DNA of 30,669 nucleotides from an uncultured Lentisphaerales bacterium (GTDB lineage Bacteria; Verrucomicrobiota; Kiritimatiellia; RFP12; JAAYLN01): NCBI GenBank assembly GCA_964411055.1, contig CAYPJN010000001.1, positions 5,941 to 36,609 of the forward strand, read 5' to 3'. Shown piece by piece: positions 1 to 9,206 of this stretch (position 1 is its first letter; each line of letters starts with the position of its first letter). The notes under the pieces were generated by a model. It saw only the letters and a program-made list of their open reading frames with translations, ran no database searches and was not told where the DNA came from. The position numbers and the translations under genes were made by a program.

Positions 1-2480
1 CCCACATGTCCGGAGGGAGGAGCGTAGCGCACCTGGCTCCCGCTGATGGCGACCGTGCCGCCGGCCAGCGTGGCCGAGACGCCGGTGATCGCCCAACCGG
101 CCGCGCTGCCGGGCCGCACGCCGTCGTTGGCCAGCACCGGCAGCAGGTTGCCCACGCTGCTCCGTCCGACCGTGAAGGCGTCGTCCCGCGTCAGGGCGAC
201 CAGATGATCCGCGCGGTTGCGGACGCGCACGCGCACCTGGCCGGCGGCGCGCTGCCCGGCACCGTCCGCGATCTCGTAGGCGAAGCGCTCGGTAAACTCG
301 GTAGTCGGCGCGGCGCCGGGACGGTAGATCAGCGAGAGCCCGCCGGGGGCGATGGTGACCGAACCGCCGGCGTTGGGCGCCTGGGCGCCCACGCCCAGCG
401 TCGCGATCTGGAATACCTGGTCCAGTGCGGGCAGCAGCCGGTCGTTGAGCGTGACAGGCAGCTCGAAGTCCCGCGGCGCGCCCGCGTCTGCGTCCCAGGC
501 GTAGAACACGGCGTAGTCGTCGTCGTTGGCGAAGAGGTCGCCCGGAGCCACGGTCACCGTCACCTGAGCCAAGTCGGTTGCCACGGAGTCGGAAAGCGTA
601 TATGTGAAATGCTCCTCGCCGGTGAAGCCCGCCGCGGGCGTGTAGACCAGCCGGTTATCCACGATGGCGACGAGGCCGCCGGCGTCCGGCGCGTCCGCGC
701 CGCTGCCAAGCGCCAGGATCGAGTAGACGCGGTTGTTGGCGGGGAAGCCACGGTCGTTGGCCAGGACATCGAGCACATAGCCCGAGCCGCCGCCGCGCAC
801 GCGGAAGCGGTCGGGATTGGCATAGGTGCCCGGCGCCACGGTGGCGATGCTGACGACGCCCGTGGCCAGCCTGGCCGGCATGGACGCGTCGGAAATCACG
901 TAGGCGAAGCTCTCCTGCCCGTACGCGCCGCCGGCCGTGAAGCGCAGCCGGGTGCCCGGGCCGTTGATGCCCAGCGTGCCGATGGCCGTGGCGCCGGACG
1001 GCGTGACCGAGACGAGACGCAGCACGTCGGGCGCGGCGGGCTGCGTGCGGTCGTTGGCCAGCACATCGAGCAGCACCGCGTTGGTATTGGCGGCCTCGAG
1101 CTTGAAGAAGTCGCCCACCGCCTCGACGCGGCCCACGACGACCGAAACCCGTCCCGTCCCCGTGCCGCCGATCCGGTCGGTGGCGACATAGCTGAACCTC
1201 TCTACGCCCGCAAAACCCGGGTTCGGCGTGTAGAGCAGGCCGGTGGCGCCGGCGTTGAGCGTGACGGCGCCGTGGGCAGCAGTCTCCGCGATAGCCGCGA
1301 TCCGCAGCCCGGCGGTCGACTCGGTGACCAGTCCGTCGTTCACCAGCACGTCGAGGGCGTTGCCCTGGCTGGCCGCCAGCACGCTGAAGGCGTCGTCGCG
1401 CACGCCCAGCGTGCCACGCCGATCCAGGATCGTCGCCACCACATCGGCCCGTGCCGTCGAACTTCCGCCCGCGCTCACCGTGTAGGAGAAGGTCAGCGGC
1501 GCCAGTCCGTTGGTCGCCGTGTAGAACACGGTGCCGTCCACGACGCTCAGCGCGCCTGTGACGGAAACATTCGAGAGACCCGTGACCACAAGGCCCGCTC
1601 CGCCGCCGGGCAGCATCCCGTCGTTGGCGGTCAGCGGCAGGGCCACCGTCTCGCCCGCGGCAATCAGGAAACGATCGTCCGACGCGTGCAGAATGCCGTT
1701 GAGCGCGGGAATGACCGACCGCACCGTGACCCGCGCGGCGCGGGTATCGCCCGCCGCGTTGCGCACCAGGTAGCGGAAGGTGTCGTCGCCGGCAAAACCC
1801 GCCGGGGACGAATAAACCAGATACCCGCCGTTGGAGACGATGCCGATGGCGCCGCCATACAGCGCGGGGCCGGCGTCGACGATGGCCAGGCTTCCGGCGC
1901 CGTCGGTGAAGTCGCGGTCGTTGGCCAGCACGTCGAGCAGCCGCCCGGCCGCGCCGGACGGCACGTGGAACTCGTCGTCCACGGGCACGAGCAGGCTGTT
2001 GTCCGTGACCGTGTAGTCGAACACGTTGGTGAAGACCTGCCAGTCGGCGAGCTGGTTGAGCAGGTCGGAAACCGTGGCGTTGTGCATGACATTAGTGGGT
2101 GCGAGGTCGACATCCGCCTGGCCGGGATTGGGCAGATCGTCGGCCGGCACGATGCTTAGCCGGTCGTCGGGCGCATTGCCGTCGATGTCGATCTCGATGT
2201 CGTTGACCCGCGGGTCGAAGGCGAAGATTTCGTCCTCGTTGGTGATGCGCGTGTCGTCAATCGCGGTTGGCGTGTCGTTGACACCGATCACAAGTACGGC
2301 CACGAGCGAATCGATATTGCCGCCCATGCTGTCGGTGATGGTGGCGGTGAAGGTGTCGATCCGCATCTCGCCGCGCGCGAGGGTCTGGAGGCTGGTGGAG
2401 GCGGTCGGGTCGTAGGTGACGCCCGCGCCGTCGAGCGCCACGGCGGCCCCCTCGCGGCTGAGCGCCGCGACGCCGTCGAC
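1..2480 (-). CDS. C-terminal continuation (partial, runs off window) of giant adhesin F: tandem cadherin-like/Big_9 (VLAND-type) Ig repeats, in the -1 frame relative to ORF 2288..8113
   Basis: Not in the ORF track because it has no stop inside the window. My manual translation from 2480 downward gives VDGVAALSREGAAVALDGAGVTYDPT...DTFTATITDSMGG...VIGVNDTPTAIDD...LLDVLANDRDF...GFAGDDTFRYLV...LDVLVNDG...LLYTPNPGFAGVERFSYVATD...LVYTPAAGFTGEEHFTYTLSD...LLPVLANDGV. These are the same repeat type as in the upstream part. The + strand ORF 6..2159 is its in-register antisense shadow. Confidence 0.85.
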
Positions 2481-5400
2481 CGGTCGATGTCGGCGTCGTT
2501 GGCCAGCAGCTCGGCGGCGGGGATGGCCAGCGGCGTGTCCTCGTCGGTGGCGAAGATGCCGCGCAGCACGAGCGTGCCGGGGAGCGTCCCGCCGAGGTCG
2601 ATCACGTGCAGGTCGGCCCTGCCGGGGGCGCCCGGGAGCGTGTACATCAGGTCGAGCCCCTCGGCGAGGATCTGATCGAGTATGTTGGATGGCGAGACGA
2701 GCGGATCCAGGATTTCCAGATCACCGGGGTCGTTGACGGGGAGCGGATCGTCGTTGACGCCGGTGATCTCGACGGTGATGCTGCCGATGCCGATGGCGCC
2801 ATGGCTGTCCGCGACGGCGTACCAGAAGGTGTCGTCGTGGCGCTCGCCTTCCGCTAGGCCGTCGAGGAACGCGGAATCGCCGGCGTTGTAGACGAGGTGG
2901 TTCTCGCGCGGGTCGGCGCGCAGGGTCAGCGCGACGGGGACGCCGGCGGGGGTCGTGGCCTGGAGGCGGTTGGCGTCGTCCAGGATGGCCCAGACGCCCT
3001 TCTGCGGGTTGTCGTCCACATAGCGCACGGGTATCGAGAAAGTGTCGGCGTCGAGGACGGTGACGGCATGGTAGCCGTTGTAGGAGGGGTGCCCGCCGTA
3101 GTTGGCGACCAGGACTTCGTCGCCGGTGGCGAGGCCGTGCGCGGGGGAAGCGACGATGACGGGCGAATCGCCGGCGGTGCCGCTGAAACCGCCGACCGGG
3201 TTGACGGCGCCGAGGATGCCGACGATGCCGAGCGTGCTCCAGGTGTCGTCGGAGTCTATGTCGCCGTCGTTGGCCAGCAGGTTCTGCGCCGACACTGCCG
3301 GCGCGGGGATGGGATCGCCCGGGAAGACGATGGTTCGGCCGGCAAACTCGGGGCGAACCATGATGCGCAGTGTCGTCTCCTCGGTGACGTTGGTGATGGT
3401 GTCCGGCACCGCCATGGGCGCGTCGTTTGCGCCCATCACCCGCACCGTCGCCGCGGCCTCGGCGCGGCTGGTCGGCAGGCGCGGCAGCACCGTCTCCCAT
3501 GCGCCGGGCGCAGCCGGCACGCCGGCGAAGGCCACGGGGATCGTGAACGTGTCGGCATCCACGACCGCGATGGTGAAGGTGCCATTGTAGTTCGTGACCG
3601 ACGCGCCGGCAATGACGACCTCGTCGCCCGTGGCCAGGCGGTGGCAAGTGGCCGTCACAACAGTCTGCGTGCCGGAGACCCCGTAGCCCTCGACCGCGCC
3701 CGAACCGATGTCGATGGTCTCGTAGCAGAAGCTGTCGATCATCTCGACGCCGACGGGAAGCTGCTGCAGCAGCGGCGCGAGCCGGGGATCGTACGCCAGC
3801 GCGCTTCCGCGCAGGGGCGTGGCGGCCGGCTGCACCGCCAGGAGCGCCCCGCGGACGGAGTTCGTCCGGGCCGCGTCGCCGGCGCCGGGGGCGGAGAGCG
3901 TGCTGACATCGACGATCACCAGCCGGTCGTTGCCGTCGCTGTCGTAGTCGTTGGCCAGCACGTTCAGCGTGGCGAGGGTGTCCTCGGTGACGGTGAAGAT
4001 GTCCGGGAGCGCATATGGCTCGGAGTTGTCCTGCCCGAACGGGGTGCCGGCGGCGTCCGCGCCGGGAGAGGACGGCCGGGTCGCGAGGCCGATCGAAGTG
4101 TCGGCGCCGCCGAAGGCGCCCGGCAGCACGAAACTGTGCGGCACCAGCGCGAAGCCGCGGAACTGGGGCGCCAGCGAGATCGAATTGCCCGCCAGATCCA
4201 GGTCGTTCGTGCCCGTGGCCGGATCGCGGTAGAGGCCGAGCCAGTGCTGACGCACGACCGGCTCGGCGCTGCCGGCCTGCATTATGGCGAGCGTGCCGCG
4301 CACCCCGGGACGCGGTGCGCCGGCGACCGAAGGCCGCACCACCGGCGTGGGGTTGCTGTCGCTGGTCATCTTGAAGGGCGCGTTGGTGAAGGCCAGCACC
4401 ATTCCGAAGCCCGGATCCAACATCGTGGCGGCCGGCGCGCCGGCCGCGAAGAGCGCGTTGGTACCGATGATCGTGCCGGCGCTGAACTCGTGGATCTTGA
4501 TGCCGTCGAGGTAGAGCGCGCAGCCGGCCAGGTCGACGGGGGTCGAGTCCCGGCGCACGAAGATCTCGATGAATCCGACGGCCGCGGGATCGACGCCGAT
4601 CTCGTTGACCACCAGGCGCCCGAAGGCGCCCGACTCGATGGCGCCGGCATCGGGCACCCCCTCGCGCCGCACGCCGCGCTGGTCGCAGGCGGTCTCCGAG
4701 AGGAAGGCGCGGTCGACGGCGGGGCTGCCGGTGAGCGGCGCCAGGAACGGCGTCGGATCGCCGCCGGCCGCCGGCGGCGCGAGCCGCGGATCGGCCGGGG
4801 CCAGGTCGGTCACATGGTCCAGCAGGTAGACGTCGCCGCCGCCCTGGCTCAGGGCAACCTTGGTGCTGTCGTCGCAGATGTTTCCGCCCTGCGACTCGAA
4901 GAGCCCGCCACCGTAGACGTTCAGGTTGCGTTCCGAGGCGTCGGCGAAGACGCAGTTGGCGGGGCGCACGAGGACGCCCGCCCCGTTGGCGAACACGGCG
5001 CTCGCCATGCCGGAGGCGTCCTGGTTGCCGGCGAAGGTGCAGTGGTGAAGGTCGGCATGCATCGGCCAGCCCGCCGTGCGCTTCTCGACGACCAGTGCGC
5101 CGCCGCCATAGCCTGACGCGTTTCCTTGCCGGTTCTGGTAGAACGTCGTGTTGGCGATCAGGATGTCGCGGTCGGAATAGACCGAGACGGCGCCGCCGCT
5201 CCGGCCGTCCGCCGTGGAGAGCCGGTTGCCCGCCAGCCAGCAGGATTCCAGCGTCAGGGCGCCGCCATCCACGTCGATCGCTCCGCCATACTCGTCGGCC
5301 ACGTTGTCGACCACGGCACAGTAGCGCAGCAGGAGCTCGCCGCCCTCGTCGACCGATACGGCGCCGCCGAGCGCGGCCGTCCCGCTGGCCAGCGTGACGC

Positions 5401-8113
5401 CCTCGATCGTCACCCGCGCAGCGACGCGGAAGATCTGGCGGTCGGGAAGGCCATCGCCATTGCCGTCGCCGCTGATCGTCAGCAGATTGGCGCCGGGGCC
5501 CTTGATGGTCAGATTGCGCACCAGTGGCGTCGTCGCGGCGCCCGGCATGCGGATCATCGCCGGGTATTCCGGCAGCGCGAAGGTGATCACGTCGTTGTTG
5601 CCGGCGGCGGCCAGCGCATGGTTGAACGACCCCGGGAGACCGTCGTTGGCGGACCGCACCACCAGATGGTTGCGCGGCGCCAGTTGCACCTGGATCGCCA
5701 GCGTGCGCGTGGAGGTCAGCAAGGCGTAGTCGCGGGCGCTCAGCGTGAACACCGTGCCGCCCGGATCGTCGACCGGGAAGAGGTAGCCTGGGGCGAGCGT
5801 GAAGGTAATGTTGGTCAGCGCGGCGACGATCGCGGCGGCGGACCCGTCCATCTGGCAGCCGTCCTCGATCGCGCTGAAGCCGCCGAGGTTGCCGAGAGTC
5901 CCCTTGGCCGTGTTGTCCAGGGAGATCTTGAACTGCACCGCATTGGTGTCGTCGCTGGCGAGTCCCAGCCCCGCAAAGGGCCGCAGGGGCGGTTGCGGCG
6001 GAATCAGCAGGGGCTGCTCGGCCGGCACATTCAGGATCTGCGGGGCGTGGTTGACGCTGGTGATGCGGATTGAGAGGTTGTTGTTCTGGGATGTGAGCCC
6101 GGTGGCGTCGGTCACCGTCACGGTCAGCAGGGTCGTCGCCTTCGATCCCACCGGAATGGCGCCGCTCGCCGGGGTGAAGGTCATGGCCCGCAACGCGGCC
6201 GTCAACTGCAGCGGCGTCTGCAACGGGAAGACCGCCTTGGAGAGCGTGCCCAGGGACGGCAGCGACAGCGTGACCGTCGCGGAGACCCCTTGCACGCCGC
6301 CCATGTCCACGTCCTGGACAAAGACGTCGGGCAGGGGCGCGAAGGCCGGCGAGGCGTCGGTCTTGTCGACCGTCGCCGCCGGTATCCCCGAGATCGAGGG
6401 CGGGGTCTGGGCCTGTACTATGGTCAGCGTCTGCGTCGCGACCGCCGTGCCGCCATGGAAGTCGGTCAGGTTGAACCGGAAGTCGACCCGCGCCGTCGCG
6501 GCGGTCAGGACGCCGGCATTCGAATAGAAGACCAGGCCGCGGATTCCGGCCTGCAGCCCGGTCTCGTTGTCGGTCAGCGCGTTGGTGGAACCGAGGTAGC
6601 CGAGATAGGCCTGCGCCGGATCCGCGAGCGAAACGGCGAGCGTGAACTCCTCGTCGCCCGTGTCGAACTCGGAGATGTAGTCGAGATGGAACGGCTGCGC
6701 CGACTGGCCTTCGCCGAGGGTCGCGGGATCCAGGCTGACCGAGAAACCCGGCGGCGTGTTGACCACCTCGATGCGCAGCTCGACCGTTTGCGTGACCGAC
6801 AGGTGGTCGGCGGCGCCCTGCACCACTATTTGCGCCGTCACCAGGTTGACGCTGCCGGGCACGCCCTGGAACGGCCGCGGCTCGACGGCGAGCGCGCGGA
6901 TCGTCGCCGTGATCTCGCCGGGAGTCCCGGTGGCCGTGAACGAGGAGGTGCCGTTGGCGAGGATCGCGTAGGCGCCGTCGTCGCCCAGCGTCACCGTCAG
7001 TTGCAGCGACTCCGGAGAGGGCCGGTTGTGGTCCACGTCGTCGATGGTCACCGCGGAGAAGGCGTTGGTGGCGCCGGCGTTGTCGGTGAAATAGACGCTG
7101 GCCGGCGCGGCGATGGTGGAAGGATCCGCGACGGCCGTCACGGTCAGGACGAGGGTCTCCGACACGTTGTAGTAGCCATCCGAAACCCAGACGGTGATCG
7201 TGGCGGTGCCGTTCTCGTTGGGATTGGGCGTCAGGGTCAACGTGCGGTCCGCACCGCTGCCCCCGGTTGACATGCCCGACGCGTTGATCAGGGTCTCGTT
7301 GTCCGACGTGGCCCATATGACCAGGTCGTCGAGGCTGGTGTCGGCGTCGCCCACCGTGAAACTCACGCTCTTCGAGCCGTCCTCCGCCACGGTCTGGTCG
7401 GCGATGGACGAGATCGTCGGCGGATAGCGCTTGAAGAATACATCGAAGTCGACCGCGTTGGTCGCGCAGGCGGTGGTGCCGGTCAGGCGGACGGATACCG
7501 GGCCCGACTTGTTGGACTTGGGTGTCAGGGTGATCAGGGCATGCGTGTCGTCCACCAGCGACACGTCATAGCTCTGGATCACGGAACCGCCGGAGGTGAA
7601 GTCGACCGCGAACACCACGCCTGTCGGCGCGAACTCGACCTGTCCGGAGAAGGCCGCCCCGGGAGCGGAGTTCGTGGCGGGCGAGGCGAAGGCCGGTGTC
7701 AGTACGACCGGTTCGCAGGGCTTGAAGAAAACGTTGAAGGACGTGGTGTTGGTCCAGGCCCCCAGCCAGCCGGTCACTTTCACGGTCACCGTGCCCGACG
7801 CGTGCGCCTGCGGCGTCAGCGTGACGGTCCAGTTGGTCGGCGTCGTGTAGGCGGTCAGCAGGCTGGCCTGCGGCACGATGTTGGTGCCGGACGTCACCGC
7901 GGCCGCGAGTTGCACGCCCACCGGCGTGAACCCCGCCCTGGCCATGTAGGGCGCGTTGTGGGTGGCGTTGGTGTCCGCCGCCGGGGTCAGCAGCCAGAAG
8001 TCCGCGCCGCGCGCAGCCGGCGCCAGGCCGAGGCACAGGAGAGCCAGCGCGAACCCGCGCGACGTCCGTCGCATCCGGCGCGTCCAGGCGCCGTCGGAAG
8101 AATCAGTTTTCAT
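2288..8113 (-). CDS. Giant secreted adhesin F, N-terminal ~1877 aa: signal peptide, cadherin/Ig-like repeats, beta-helix (PMP/choice-of-anchor-Q-like) region, lamin-tail-like domain, VCBS/cadherin-like repeats with two FCCH-like inserts. The real protein frame ends at ~2481 (frameshift).
   Basis: Signal peptide RRTSRGFALALLCLGLAPAARG|A. Ig repeat PPTISSIADQTVAED...TLTPNPNENGTATITVWVSDG. Beta-helix motifs NLTIKGPGANLLTISG, GGAVSVD, GGAIDVD, HCTFAGN. Choice-of-anchor-Q-like SPAVDRA...DQRGVRR...DAGAIE. LTD-like LVVNEIG...FIEIF. After ADIDR (2480) the ORF becomes S/R/P-rich out-of-frame sequence. Alternative start at 8074. Confidence 0.88.
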   Translation of the reverse strand: MKTDSSDGAWTRRMRRTSRGFALALLCLGLAPAARGADFWLLTPAADTNATHNAPYMARAGFTPVGVQLAAAVTSGTNIVPQASLLTAYTTPTNWTVTLTPQAHASGTVTVKVTGWLGAWTNTTSFNVFFKPCEPVVLTPAFASPATNSAPGAAFSGQVEFAPTGVVFAVDFTSGGSVIQSYDVSLVDDTHALITLTPKSNKSGPVSVRLTGTTACATNAVDFDVFFKRYPPTISSIADQTVAEDGSKSVSFTVGDADTSLDDLVIWATSDNETLINASGMSTGGSGADRTLTLTPNPNENGTATITVWVSDGYYNVSETLVLTVTAVADPSTIAAPASVYFTDNAGATNAFSAVTIDDVDHNRPSPESLQLTVTLGDDGAYAILANGTSSFTATGTPGEITATIRALAVEPRPFQGVPGSVNLVTAQIVVQGAADHLSVTQTVELRIEVVNTPPGFSVSLDPATLGEGQSAQPFHLDYISEFDTGDEEFTLAVSLADPAQAYLGYLGSTNALTDNETGLQAGIRGLVFYSNAGVLTAATARVDFRFNLTDFHGGTAVATQTLTIVQAQTPPSISGIPAATVDKTDASPAFAPLPDVFVQDVDMGGVQGVSATVTLSLPSLGTLSKAVFPLQTPLQLTAALRAMTFTPASGAIPVGSKATTLLTVTVTDATGLTSQNNNLSIRITSVNHAPQILNVPAEQPLLIPPQPPLRPFAGLGLASDDTNAVQFKISLDNTAKGTLGNLGGFSAIEDGCQMDGSAAAIVAALTNITFTLAPGYLFPVDDPGGTVFTLSARDYALLTSTRTLAIQVQLAPRNHLVVRSANDGLPGSFNHALAAAGNNDVITFALPEYPAMIRMPGAATTPLVRNLTIKGPGANLLTISGDGNGDGLPDRQIFRVAARVTIEGVTLASGTAALGGAVSVDEGGELLLRYCAVVDNVADEYGGAIDVDGGALTLESCWLAGNRLSTADGRSGGAVSVYSDRDILIANTTFYQNRQGNASGYGGGALVVEKRTAGWPMHADLHHCTFAGNQDASGMASAVFANGAGVLVRPANCVFADASERNLNVYGGGLFESQGGNICDDSTKVALSQGGGDVYLLDHVTDLAPADPRLAPPAAGGDPTPFLAPLTGSPAVDRAFLSETACDQRGVRREGVPDAGAIESGAFGRLVVNEIGVDPAAVGFIEIFVRRDSTPVDLAGCALYLDGIKIHEFSAGTIIGTNALFAAGAPAATMLDPGFGMVLAFTNAPFKMTSDSNPTPVVRPSVAGAPRPGVRGTLAIMQAGSAEPVVRQHWLGLYRDPATGTNDLDLAGNSISLAPQFRGFALVPHSFVLPGAFGGADTSIGLATRPSSPGADAAGTPFGQDNSEPYALPDIFTVTEDTLATLNVLANDYDSDGNDRLVIVDVSTLSAPGAGDAARTNSVRGALLAVQPAATPLRGSALAYDPRLAPLLQQLPVGVEMIDSFCYETIDIGSGAVEGYGVSGTQTVVTATCHRLATGDEVVIAGASVTNYNGTFTIAVVDADTFTIPVAFAGVPAAPGAWETVLPRLPTSRAEAAATVRVMGANDAPMAVPDTITNVTEETTLRIMVRPEFAGRTIVFPGDPIPAPAVSAQNLLANDGDIDSDDTWSTLGIVGILGAVNPVGGFSGTAGDSPVIVASPAHGLATGDEVLVANYGGHPSYNGYHAVTVLDADTFSIPVRYVDDNPQKGVWAILDDANRLQATTPAGVPVALTLRADPRENHLVYNAGDSAFLDGLAEGERHDDTFWYAVADSHGAIGIGSITVEITGVNDDPLPVNDPGDLEILDPLVSPSNILDQILAEGLDLMYTLPGAPGRADLHVIDLGGTLPGTLVLRGIFATDEDTPLAIPAAELLANDADIDRSTASRRSAARGPPWRSTARASPTTRPPPPASRPSRAARCGSTPSPPPSPTAWAAISIRSWPYL

Positions 8114-9206
8114 GCGTTGCTTCCCTTCCCGGTGATCGCGCCAGGCTCTGCCGGCCCGTCGTCGGTGAACTCGTCAAACCCGTGACCGGCAGCGGTCCCG
8201 GCAGCGGCGCCGGCGCAATGGCCGCGGGCGCCCGCAGCCGCGCCGCCCGCTCCCGGTTGACCACGACTCCCGCGCGGGCCAGCAGGTTGCTGCGAAAGGC
8301 CGCTTCGACGGCCTCCTGCTTGGCCCTTAGCAGCCGTCGCCGCAAGCCCGGCGCCGCCTCCTCGAAGGGCGTCACCCGCCCCGCGCGCGCGTCCTGCTTC
8401 ATGACCACGTAGAGTCCCTGCCCAGTCTGCAGCACCTCGCTGACGCCGCCGGTCGGCAGGGCGAAGCCCGCCTCCATGACCTCCACGGGCCAGCGGTAGT
8501 CGCGCCGTGAGGCATCGAGCCAGCCAAGGTCGCCGCCCCGGTAGCGGCTGACGGCATCCTCCGACACCTCCGCCGCCAGGGCGCCGAACCCCGGGATCCG
8601 CCCGTTGCGCGTCGCGGCGGCCGGATCGGCCAGGTAGGTCTGGCGCGCCCGGCGCAAGACCGCCGCGGGCGTCTCCTCCTCCGACGGCCCTTCATCCGCC
8701 GCCGACTTGCGGTGCATAATCGCCAGACGCGCCATGGGCGGAGTGGCGTGCGCCTCCGGACTGGCCTGGTAGGCCCGCCGCAGATCCTCCTCCGTGACCG
8801 CCGCGCGCCGCTTCTCCTCCTGCAGCGTCCGCTCGCTCCATTGCGCCAGCAGCAGATTGTCCCGCTCCCGCCGCAGTTCCGGTTCCTGCAGCCACGCCGC
8901 GCGTGCCGCCTCCTGCAGCATGGCCTGCCGCTCGATCATCTCGCCGAGCAGCGCCTGCGCATCGGCGGGCGTGCGGCCCGCCGCCGCGCGCCGCCGCATC
9001 TCGGCCTCGAAATCGTCCTCGGTGATCACGGTCGCTCCGACCCGCGCCAGCGGCTCGGGCGCGGTCGGCGCCGGCGGAGCGCGGCGCCCGCAGCCCGCCA
9101 GCAGGCCGCAGCCCGCCAGCAGGCCGCGCGACAGGCAGACCGCAGCCCAGGAGGACCGCCGAGGCTTCCTCGCGCCCGGGATCCCGTGAGGTTCGGGCCT
9201 CATCAT
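8103..9206 (-). CDS. E: PpiC/parvulin-type peptidyl-prolyl isomerase-like lipoprotein (SurA/PrsA-like foldase), 367 aa
   Basis: C-terminal part of ORF 8103..10082. The ATG at 9206 overlaps the TGA of the upstream gene (ATGA). Lipobox LLAGC; LARVGATVITEDDF; parvulin motifs FGALAAEVSED..SRYRGGDLGW and FALPTGGVSEVLQTGQGLYVVM; TPFEEA. Confidence 0.85.
   Translation of the reverse strand: MMRPEPHGIPGARKPRRSSWAAVCLSRGLLAGCGLLAGCGRRAPPAPTAPEPLARVGATVITEDDFEAEMRRRAAAGRTPADAQALLGEMIERQAMLQEAARAAWLQEPELRRERDNLLLAQWSERTLQEEKRRAAVTEEDLRRAYQASPEAHATPPMARLAIMHRKSAADEGPSEEETPAAVLRRARQTYLADPAAATRNGRIPGFGALAAEVSEDAVSRYRGGDLGWLDASRRDYRWPVEVMEAGFALPTGGVSEVLQTGQGLYVVMKQDARAGRVTPFEEAAPGLRRRLLRAKQEAVEAAFRSNLLARAGVVVNRERAARLRAPAAIAPAPLPGPLPVTGLTSSPTTGRQSLARSPGREATHEN
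9088..9127. repeat. Perfect 18-bp tandem duplication encoding GLLAGC-GLLAGC (duplicated lipobox)
   Basis: gcagcccgccagcaggcc at 9090-9107 and 9108-9125; the period-18 match extends 9088-9127. Confidence 0.9.

Noticed and set aside
123-3960. Recurring 12-mer gtcgttggccag (e.g. ~123, ~752, ~990, ~1918, ~2495, ~3267, ~3947)
   Set aside because: Encodes the LAND motif of the Ig repeats; short and irregularly spaced, so not a CRISPR array or mobile repeat.
2721-7316. 1531-aa minus-strand ORF overlapping the adhesin in another frame (also 13958..15835 and 17381..20068)
   Set aside because: Extremely Arg-rich with no motifs; this is the stop-poor alternate frame typical of genes with very high GC3.
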